From Octopus sinensis (taxonomy: Eukaryota), in contig NW_021831908.1 of assembly GCF_006345805.1 (NCBI RefSeq), forward strand, positions 1 to 34,715: a stretch of 34,715 nucleotides of DNA, given 5' to 3'. The translations under genes were made by a program, and so were the position numbers. The notes below the pieces were generated by a model. The model made no database searches and was not told where the DNA came from. It was given only the letters and a program-made list of their open reading frames with translations. How positions within the stretch are numbered: the stretch's first letter is position 1; each line of letters opens with the position of its first letter. This document shows, piece after piece, positions 22,690-31,914 of this stretch.

Positions 22690-23560
22690 GGATTCGGTCT
22701 TGATTTTTCTTCTTTCTTTTTTTGTCTATTTTCTTATTCGTTACTGGTCGACATGCTTGAATCTGAGAACAATCTTTCTCTTCAGTGTTATTTGCGTTAT
22801 GACGTAAATTAATAATCTTCCAACATTCTTCTGCTACAGCCTGCAGAGTTAAATTTTGGTCCTGTTCTAATTTTGTTAATATCCGGGAACGTATATCTGA
22901 ATCTTTGCTTGCAGTAAGCCCTTTAATAAAATTAAAAACTTGGCCGTGTCCGGGGTCAACTCATTCAATTTTAATGTCTCACACTCTCTTTAACCACTCC
23001 GGCATAGGTGACGAAATTTTCATCATCTTTTATAACAAATTTAAACATTGCCAGCGAGTATTGAACAGGGTGCTTCTCTCACTGGAAATTTTCGATAAAG
23101 TATTGTTTCACCAAAACAAATCTCACCTGGCCTCTTCGGCAGAATATAATTACTATATTTTTCGTGTTCAACAGGGGATAACTTTCTTAAAAGTAATCGT
23201 ATGTTTTTCTCGCCGTACCAACTTTTACACTCTTCTTTAAAGATTTCTACGAAAATATGCAGAGAAGGTAATCCCTTCTTCTGGATTATAGTTGAATTCT
23301 TTAATTCAGTTTGCTACGCTATCTAGCGAGTACGAACCTGAAGTATTTTCAGACTTCTTTCACATTAATCCCAGTCACTGTTGGTTTTGTTGTTGCTGTT
23401 TTAGTTGAAGCTGGTGCTGCTGTAGTTTCTGTTGTAACTACACCACGGAGGCCAATAAGTTTTCCACCTTATAGGAATTTTTTCTGTGGTTTCGTACCAA
23501 AATCCTTTTTAAACGTCCAACTCAAGCCTTGAACAATTCGTTGCCACTTTTATACCTTTG
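22690..23560 (-). mobile_element. Ty3/Gypsy LTR retrotransposon gag relic with PBS-like TGGCAACGA upstream
   Basis: Q-rich N-terminus, then ...IRLLLRKLSPVEHEKYSNYILPK...LFNTRWQCL...TYAGVV...FIKGL...DIRSRILTKLEQDQNLTLQAVAEEC, typical of K02A2.6-like Gypsy gag; frameshifted. Confidence 0.8.
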
Positions 23561-23580
23561 TATTGGATATATAATATATA

Positions 23581-24178
23581 TTTATTTACTGCCCACAAGG
23601 GGCTAAACATAGAGGGGACAAACAAGGACAGACAAACGGATTAAGTCGATTATATCGACCCCAGTGCGTAACTGGTCCTTAATTCATCGACCCCGAAAGG
23701 ATGAAAGGCAAAGTCGACCTCGGCGGAATTTGAACTCAGAACGTAACGACAGACGAAATACCTATTTCTTTACTACCCACAAGGGGCCAAACACAGAGAG
23801 GACAAACAAGGACAGACAAACGGATTAAGTCGATTACATCGACCCCAGTGCGTAACTGGTCCTTAATTCATCGACCCCGAAAGGATGAAAGGTAAAGTCA
23901 ACCTCGGCGGAATTTGAACTCAGAACGTAACGACAGACAAAATACCTATTTCTTTACTACCCACAAGGGGCCAAACACAGAGAGGACAAACAAGGACAGA
24001 CAAATGGATTAAGTCGATTACATCGACCCCAGTGCGTAACTGATCCTTAATTCATCGACCCCGAAAGGATGAAAGGCAAAGTCGACCTCGACGGAATTTG
24101 AACTCAGAACGTAACGACAGATGAAATACCGCTAAGCATTTAGCCCGGCGCGCTAACGTTTCTGCCTGCTCGCTGCCT
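23581..24178 (-). mobile_element. SINE-A trimer: one head plus three 184-bp bodies, flanked by an imperfect ~16-20-bp TSD
   Basis: CCCACAAGGGG at 23592, 23776 and 23960 (184-bp period); flanks TTTGTATTGGATATAT and TTTGTATTGAATATAT. Confidence 0.9.
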
Positions 24179-24731
24179 TTTGTATTGAATATATGTTATA
24201 TTGAAGCAGTGGGAAGAATGTATATACACGACGCGCTACTATTGCTATTACACGAGACTCAACATTCTATATCAAAAGCACACAGTGTCTGCTACCAACA
24301 CGAACTGCCTGACGACCCGTCCGTTGTCTATGTAATAGAAATGTTTCGGTCCACTATTAATCATATGGGGGGGGGTCGGAATCCTTCCACAACAATTTCA
24401 TATTTGCTTCTATTTAGAAATCAAAGGAAATGGCTTCCATCTCCTTCAAATTTTGCTGAAACTCACCAATTTTCCCTTACATTTCAGCCAGATTCAGCTC
24501 TGACTTGCTGAAGCAGAAATGTTGTTATAGCAAATATTCTTTCAATACCACAGATTTGCTTTTCAGATGCTTGGTCTTAACCATCTGAGCATGTTCCTTA
24601 ATGGCTGACGATATCTGCATCTCTGATCATGAGCAGTGGAGAAGATTATCGCCATGTGTTAAGAGGGATTCTTTTGGGTTTGAATAGATATTGTAACAAA
24701 AGTAAAGTTTGAAGGAGATATTAGTCATTTT

Positions 24732-25150
24732 GGATCCTTTCGGTTTGAACGGCAGTTTTTAACATAATTTCTAGGTAACTAAAAAAGTTTAAACTTCGTA
24801 TACTGGTAGAATGTGTTTATAAAACATCTTTTTCTCTGGCTTTATTGAGAAAATTTTATTGTTTGTAAGATATTTGTTGTTTTTTTCTTCAATTTCTGCA
24901 ATTTCAACCAACTACTGACATCTATTGAGGTAAACAACATTCTGTGCCGTATGAATATGTCCCTCGTTTAAGAAACAGATTGCGTTTATTTACATTTGTG
25001 AAGAAAAAAAGATACCCTTCCCCCACCCTAACCCTAACCTTAACCCTAAAATACATTAAAATGCAATAGATCGATACTAGGGTCATAATTATGGGTGACA
25101 ATTTCATATGACACCGCTAGAAAAAACAGCCGTACAAACCGAAAAGATCC
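24732..25150. mobile_element. 419-bp MITE with ~29-bp TIRs, 8-bp TSD and internal telomere-type repeats (Merlin-like)
   Basis: TIRs GGATCCTTTCGGTTTGAACGGCAGTTTTT and AAAAAACAGCCGTACAAACCGAAAAGATCC; TSD GTCATTTT/GCCATTTT; CCCTAA-type repeat x4 at 25026-25049. Confidence 0.85.
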
Positions 25151-25229
25151 GCCATTTTTTATACTTTCAAGGTGTAAGCAAATAGGAAATAACAGTTGCT
25201 ACCCAAAGATAAAAATTTTGTTATTCAGT

Positions 25230-25400
25230 GTAATGGGATTTTCGTCAGTAACTTCAAGCCCAGTCAGAGCTTTGCTGAGTGAGCACCCACACAGCACCCT
25301 CCAGTCCACTTCAATTACCATGCAACGTGCCTGCCTGCCAGCCTTGGTTTCTGTATTGCTCTGCCAGTTCAGCTCTAGAAGCAATATATATGAGCGAAAG
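25230..25400 (-). mobile_element. HERO/NeSL-like RLE LINE C-terminal fragment
   Basis: AELAEQYRNQGWQA|RCMVIEVDWRVLCGCSLSKALTGL resembles the motif ELAxECRxxGWxAxxxPVEVGCRGF. Confidence 0.5.
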
Positions 25401-25527
25401 AAGACTAGATGACCACTGCTTGGACACTCTTTGTCAATGGTGTACTATATAAGAGTTGACCAAAGGCAACAACAATAACAAGATAACTGTTTAGAAGGTT
25501 AAAATCTAACCTAAAATATATAAACAT

Positions 25528-25952
25528 AGGCGCAGGAGTGGCTGTGTGGTAAGTAGCTTGCTAACCAACCACATGCTTCCGGGTTCAGTCCCACTGCGTG
25601 GCATCTTGGGCAAGTGTCTTCTACTATAGCCCCGGGCCGACCAATGCCTTGTGAGTGGATTTGGAAGACGGAAACTGAAAGAAGCCTGTCGTATATATGT
25701 ATATATATGTGTATATGTGTGATGTTTGTGTGTCTGTGTTTGTCCCCCTAGCGTTGCTTGACAACCGATGCTGGTGTGTTTACGTCCCCGTCACTTAGCG
25801 GTTCGGCAAAAGAGACCGATAGAATAAGTACTAGGGTTACAAAGAATAAGTTCCGGGCTCGATTTGCTCGACTAAAGGCGGTGCTCCAGCATGGCCGCAG
25901 TCAAATGACTGAAACAAGTAAAAGAATAAAAGAGTAAAAGAGTAAAGAGTAA
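25528..25952 (+). mobile_element. SINE-B, full length
   Basis: GGCGCAGGAGTGGCTGTGTGG head to (GTAAAAGA)n tail. Confidence 0.9.
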
Positions 25953-25954
25953 TA

Positions 25955-26113
25955 TAGGTGCAGGCTTGGTTCTGTTAAGAAGCTCGCTTAACAACCACGT
26001 GGTTTCAGGTTCAGTCCCACTGCGCGACAAGCATCTTTTACTCCAGCCTTGATCCGACCAATGCCTAGAGATATAATGTGGTAGGCGGAAACTGTACTTA
26101 AGCCCGTTATATA
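25955..26113 (+). mobile_element. 5' half of an old SINE-B split by the Tc1 element
   Basis: GGTGCAGGC...GGTTCAGTCCCACTGCG...GGCGGAAACTG...AAGCCCGTTATATA. Confidence 0.7.
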
Positions 26114-26115
26114 TA

Positions 26116-27378
26116 CAGGGGTTGGACAAAATAATGGAAGCACCTAAAATTTCAAACAAATGTATTTTAATATGGGGTAGGACCGCCCTTGGCAGTAATT
26201 ACACCTTGAATTCTATGAGGTATGGACTTGTACGAAGTGTGAATTGCTTCCAAATGAATTTTGGTCCATTCTTAAGCTAAAACAGTCTCCAGTTCTTGTA
26301 GTGATGACGGTGGAGGATATCGATTCCTTAATTGTTTTTCTAAAATGTACCACAAATGTTCAATAATGCTGAGATCTGGGCACTGTGGTAGCCAGATAAG
26401 ATATTCAACTTCACTAGAATGTTCCTCGTGTCATTCAGTAACAACTTTAACTGTGTGAATTGGTGCATTATCATCCTGAAAGATTGCAATCCCCTCCAGA
26501 AACAGTTCTGCAACCATAGGATGAATTTGATCAGATAAAATGCTTAAATAGTCTTGACTATTATTTCTGCCATGAAGGGAAACCATTGGGCCGGCGGATT
26601 TCCAAGATATAACCACCCACCCCACCCACCAATATCAGCACAGATCCTCCAACTATTTAACAGTTGGAAGAAGGCAGTCTAGGTTAAATGCTTCTTTTGA
26701 CTGTCTTCACACGTATACTCGGCCGGTGGTCGGAAATTAAGTAAAGGATGACTCGTCCGAGAAAATAACATTCTTCTACTACTCTGGGGACCAATTCTGT
26801 AGGTTTTTACTTTACTCTAAACGCTTTACAACGTTTGTTTTGAAAGTAGTGCTTTTCTGATTGCAGCCCGCCCGTGAAATCCGGCTTTGTTGCAGCTCCC
26901 GGCAACCAGTTTTTGCGGAAACTGGGTTCTCGAGGTAGTCTTTAAGATCTGCAATAATTTTGGGAACTACACTTTTGTGATCCTTTCTAATAATTCGTGT
27001 AAGAGTCCGACGGTCCCTATCTGAAAGTTTTGATTTTCTTCCGATATTTTGTTTCGACGAGGTGGTTTTTCCCTCTTTCTCGAAGGGTGTCATTACTTTC
27101 GAGACAATACTTCTTGATACACCAAGCATTTCGGTTGTTTCTGTTACACTAGCACCTGCCATACGAGCACCAACAATTTGACCGCTTTGAAAGTCCGATA
27201 GATCTGTCATTTTAATGAATTTTAATTATCTTTTTCTGATGATATCTGAAAAGAGACTGCAATTTTAGCAAAACATATTAAGCAATCCTAATAATAAATC
27301 AAAAATCATAACAAGCTTTTGACTTCAAAATTATGATGCTATGATGCTAGGTGTTTCCATTAATTTATCCAACCCTTG
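26116..27378 (-). mobile_element. Tc1/mariner DNA transposon with DD36E spacing (Incomer-like); transposase inactivated
   Basis: TA TSD at 26114-26115 and 27379-27380; TIRs CAGGGGTTGGACAAAATAATGGAAGCAC and GTGTTTCCATTAATTTATCCAACCCTTG; MTDLSDFQSGQIVGARMAGAS HTH; VIFSDESSF; QDDNAPIH-36 aa-E in PDLSIIEHLW; stops and frameshifts. Confidence 0.92.
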
Positions 27379-27380
27379 TA

Positions 27381-27720
27381 TTTATATATGTGTGTGTACA
27401 TCTGTGTGTATGTGTGTGTGTGTGTGTCTATGTATATGTATATACCTGTCCTCTGTGTGTGTGTATGTATGTCCATGTGTGTGTGTGTGCGTGTGTGTGT
27501 GTGTGTGTGTATGTGTGTGCGTGTCTGTCTGTCTGTTTATGTATTTATGTTGACTTGTTTACGTTCCCGTAACTTAAACGAATTGGCAAAAGAAATCGAT
27601 GGAAATAGTACAAAGCATTAAAAAATAAGTACCGGGGCCGATTTATTCGACTAAACCCGTCGATACGGTACCCCAGCATAGCCGTACTCAAATGAGTGAA
27701 ACAAGTAAAAGATTAAAAAA
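27381..27720 (+). mobile_element. 3' half of the split old SINE-B (internal microsatellite plus tail)
   Basis: GTTTACGTTCCCGTAACTTA...GGCAAAAGAAATCGAT...CCCCAGCATAGCCG...GAAACAAGTAAAAG. Confidence 0.75.
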
Positions 27721-27891
27721 AAAGACATAGAACAATTATATTTCATATTACATTTTCTGTAATATTCACCATTGTTCAGATTTCGAGCTTCGTCCCTTTT
27801 ACGCTTTTAACCATCGATAAATGGAAAAGTCTTTATTAAAAGAAGAGGTTAGCACTAATAAAAAATGTCCATAATAATTGGTAAATATCCA

Positions 27892-28282
27892 TGCAGGAGT
27901 GGCTGTGTGGTAAGTAGCTTGCTTACCAACCACATGGTTCCGGGTTCAGTCCCACTGCGTGGCATCTTGGGCAAGTGTCTTCTACTATAGCCTCGGGCCA
28001 ACCAAAGCCTTGTGAGTGGATTTGGTAGACGGAAACTGAAAGAAGCCCGTCGTATATATGTATGTATATATATATATGTGTGTGTATGTTTGTCCCCCTA
28101 GCATTGCCTGACAACCGATGCTGGTGTGTTTACTTCCCCGTCACTTAGCGGTTCGGCAAAAGAGACCGATAGAATAAGTACTGGGCTTACAAAGAATAAG
28201 TCCTGGGGTCGATTTGCTCGACTAAAGTCGGTGCTCCAGCATGGCTGCAGTCAAATGACTGAAACAAGTTAAAGAGTAAAAA
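27892..28282 (+). mobile_element. SINE-B, full length
   Basis: Same head, CORE-like block and tail as the other copies. Confidence 0.9.
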
Positions 28283-28489
28283 TAGTATTCTGTACTTCAA
28301 TTCAATGTAATCTTTTGTGCTTCAACTTGGTCGTTCGACCTTTTCAATTTGTTTTTGTTCAGGTCCCAGTCACTGTTCTACGGCCAAACGATATTTTTTT
28401 GTTGTTACCGGCATCAGTTTATACAATTTCAGTTGATATTTTGTCAATCTCTCTTTATAAAATGGCTAAATTTTAGCATACGGCGCTCT

Positions 28490-28892
28490 GTTTGTTTGTT
28501 TGTTTGTTTGTTGAGCGAAGCGGTCTTCGTCCCAGAGCTCGCAAGATCGCGCCTCTGTAGCGGGAGAAGTCCGAAACGGGGTCCTTTGCTATTGGTAAGA
28601 CCCACAGAAGAGAAAGCAGGTCAACCCCCGACACCGAGAGCATCGACGGATGGATGAATACGCATCCAGGCTCAGCGGTTACGTAGGAAGTCGGGGACAA
28701 GAAACAGGAAGAAAGAGTGAGAGAAAGTTGGAGCGAATGAGCAAAACAGGGGTCGCCAGCACCCCCTGCCGGAGCCTCGTGGAGCTTTAGGTGTTTTCGC
28801 TCAATAAACACACACAACGCCCGGTCTGGGAATTGAAACCGCGATCCTCCTACCGCGAGTTCGCTGCCCTAACCACTGGACCATTGCGCCTC
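28490..28892 (-). mobile_element. SINE-C, full length with (ACAA)n tail
   Basis: tRNA-like head as at 1690-1977; body ends CGCTCAACAAACAAACAAAC; its 3' half differs from the first copy. Confidence 0.85.
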
Positions 28893-28999
28893 TTTCCCTC
28901 ATAAATTTTCGTTGTGGTGTTGAAGTCAAATTGCCGAAACCAGTGGCGTTTCATAGTCTAAAGATATATTGATTTCAAATTTAGGCACGGGCCAGCTGG

Positions 29000-29391
29000 A
29001 GTCTTGATTTAGTATTCCCTGTTTTATAGGGAATATTTCAATTTAATAAGCATCAAATTGTGACTCCAGCAAGCAACTATGACTCCAGCTCAACTATGAC
29101 TGGAGTCAAGTTGAAAGCTGAAGTCAAGTTGCATGCTGGAGTCAAATTGAAAGTTGGAGTCGAGTTGCATGCTGGAGTCAAGATGCATGCTTGAGTCACA
29201 GCCTTATGTAGGAGTCACAAATGAAACTGGAATCAAATTTTCATGCTGGAGTCATAGTTGCATGCTGGAGTCACAGCTGCATACTGGAGTCACAGTTACA
29301 TGCTGGAGTCATAGTTGCTTGCTGGAGTCAGAATTTGATGCTTATTAACTTGAAATATTCCCTATAAAACCGGGAAAACTAAATCAAGATT
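29000..29391. mobile_element. 392-bp MITE with ~90-bp TIRs and internal GCATGCTGGAGTCA sub-repeats
   Basis: AGTCTTGATTTAGTATTCCCTGTTTTATAGGGAATATTTCAA...GACTCCAGC is mirrored at the right end; no clear TSD. Confidence 0.85.
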
Positions 29392-29689
29392 AACTTATTT
29401 CCCAGAAACGAAGATAATTTGGGGATAAATAAAATGGGATGCTGCAATGTTAATTCATCTTTTCGGAACCTCCTAGCATCGCCTGTCCCCATCATACGCA
29501 CTCACACACGCGCGCGCGCACACACACACGTATAAAATACAAGCGCAAGCAACATAGGCCAAATTCATACAGTGTAAGGGAGATTACTTAAAACTGAGCC
29601 CGACTGTCTTTGCTGCAGAGTTATTTCCCCTTAACTTTGCTACTCTTACGCAATACAATTTATCATAAATTTATCATAAATACATGAAA

Positions 29690-29710
29690 CGTTGTTGTTG
29701 TTGTTGTAGC

Positions 29711-29764
<54 letters not shown>

Positions 29765-29768
29765 TGCC

Positions 29769-29823
<55 letters not shown>

Positions 29824-29825
29824 TT
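29690..29825. repeat. (GTT)n(GCT)n microsatellite
   Basis: Directly visible. Confidence 0.95.
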
Positions 29826-30019
29826 TGTAATGCTTTGGTAGTTGTACTGTTTGATGACAGGATTGCTGGCCTTTTAAAGTCTTCCCTTTATCTTTTTCGT
29901 ATTTGTGGTGTGAAGCGAGATACCAGTAGCCCAACTGAGATCGATGTAATCGGTTTACCTGCTGCTCCGAAACCTGCTGGCCCGTGCCAAAATTTGAAAT
30001 CATTATATCTACACGAATC

Positions 30020-30240
30020 CAAGAAGATTTGTACGAAATTTCAGCGGCACTTTGCCAAACTGTTCGGGGCGCATGGTGTGTCGGAGATGGAGGTAGATTT
30101 CACTTCGTACCTCGACAGTATGCTGCGCCTTTTGACCAGGGGATGTGGAGGTCTTCCAAATGCCGATAACAGCTGAAGACATACTGAACGCAATGACGGG
30201 CTCTACAAGGGAGAAGTCTCCGGGGCTGGATGGCACTGTG
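30020..30240 (+). mobile_element. L1/Tx1-like ORF2 fragment just upstream of the RT domain
   Basis: ICTKFQRHFAKLFG...DFTSYL... then PITAEDILNAM...KSPGLDG. Confidence 0.7.
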
Positions 30241-30244
30241 CAAA

Positions 30245-31912
30245 ACTCAAAAAAGTACAAGAGATCTGTGGCCATTTTTATATGCAAAATGACACGGAAA
30301 ATCCATTTCTGGCCTTCTTTTTGTTGAATTAGGCATGGTTTCTACAAAATTGTCACTGTATACCCTTTATTTCGAGTTATGAGGGCTGTGAGATCTTTGT
30401 ATGCTCTCCTCACATGCACAAAATTTGGTGTCTGTAAATTTATCAGTTCTTCAGAAAGCTTTCTTTTGGGGATGAGGTGGAGTAGTGGTGGTGTTGGTTA
30501 TGTTGGCGTTCATAGCTTTTGTTGTGTCAACAGTTGTGGAGCTGAAGGTGTTGTTGACCTGTGTGACTGTATTTGTTGTGCGCACATTTTCTGTGTTGTC
30601 CGATGTGTGTATTGGTGTGAGGCCGGATGTTTTACTCTTGCGCATTCTTCTTAATTTTTAGGCTTTTATAGTTCTTCTTCGTCTTCACTTCGAGGCATGT
30701 AGCAATCAGAATTTGTATAGTCCGTCCCCGATAACGGTGGCTGTGTTCTTATGTTTGTGTGGGTGTTTATGTGTGAATGTGTGTTTAAGAGAGAGGGAGA
30801 TGGAGAGCTGAGTTAAGGAAAGCTCTGAGTGGTCCTCTCTGTTGAAGGTTTTGTCAATTTTGGTGGTGACGGTCGTGGTGGTGCTATCGGAGCGGTTGTT
30901 ATTGCTGCTACCGCTGCTGCTGCTACTGTTTCTGATAATGCCCCTTCTCTTGCTACTACCGCCGGTCCTTCCGCCTCAGATAGAGCCACTGCTGTTGTTC
31001 TGTCTTGAGATGCTGATGTTGCCTCACTCCTTTTTTTTTCTTCCTGTAGATAATATTGTTGTGGAAATAGCTGTGACATGAGCGATGGGGCCTTCCTCTC
31101 TTCTCTCTTGTTTTGTTTTGTGGACGCCCGTAAATGATTTGTTCTGCTACAGACATGGCATCTCCGACATCTACCCTCTACAATCACTCTCAACTCAGTT
31201 CCATTCGGCAGGGAGATCAGGTCAGGGATCCTCTCCATATGGTTTAACTTTACATGGAGTAGCACCTCCAGTGTGATCCCTGTCTAGTCTCCTTTTTTTA
31301 TCTCTTGACCTCCAGGAGATTGTCACTCTTGATTACTATACAAGCGAGTACCCACCACAAATCTAGGTCTGGTGGCACCCTCTGTATGATCATTTTTATC
31401 GCCCTTCTTCCTATATTCATAGGGAAGAGCACGAATTCCTCTTTGCAGCATGCGGACACCGAATGTCGAATTACCAGGGCCTCAATTTTAAATAAAACTT
31501 CCACCCCGCCGAACTTCTTTGCCCTTGATATATGACCGATGTCCAACCATATATCGTGTAGGGACTTTTCTATTTGGACGTTCGTTGCCGTTTCAAGCCG
31601 TTTGGACTTACGGCTAATGCAGCGGTACGTCACTATTTTTCTGGCTGTAACTGCTAACCATTCAGGTGATAGAGACCGCTTTGCCCTCCTCCCATCGATA
31701 TTTTAAAAATTCATCTGCGTTCGCCAGTTTAAAGGCTTTGTCCTCTCGGGTGAGGGGAGAAAATCTTTTTTGATGTAGCGGCAGCGGCACCTGCGAAAGA
31801 AGTCTTATTTTTGTAGTTACTGGTGGGGGGGGGGTTGTAGCCACTTTCGTTAATACTACTATCACTATTACCACCGCTACCGCCAACTACTCCGTTTCCA
31901 CACCTATCGTTG
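30245..31912 (-). pseudogene. Degraded ORF1 (gag-like, zinc knuckle) of an L1/Tx1-like LINE
   Basis: N-terminal KTSFAGAAAA, central IPDLISLPNGTELRVIVEGRCRRCHVCSRTNH (CxxCxxxxH knuckle), low-complexity Thr/Ala linker; many frameshifts. Confidence 0.6.
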
Positions 31913-31914
31913 CT

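Noticed and set aside
23350-23470. Thr-rich mucin-like exon (GKLIGLRGVVTTETTAAPAST...)
   Set aside because: It is an alternative frame of the Q-rich Gypsy gag N-terminus.
23592-23775. SINE-A 184-bp tandem unit as a hammerhead retrozyme
   Set aside because: No CUGANGA core on either strand; other ribozyme classes were not testable by eye.
25325-25380. Minus-strand 56-nt exon with good splice sites
   Set aside because: The peptide matches an RLE-LINE C-terminal motif, so it is better explained as a TE relic.
29674-30003. Poly-Q ORF as a host gene
   Set aside because: Its N-terminal part is the reverse strand of a degenerate SINE-A tail (29920-30005) and the Q run is a GTT/GCT microsatellite.
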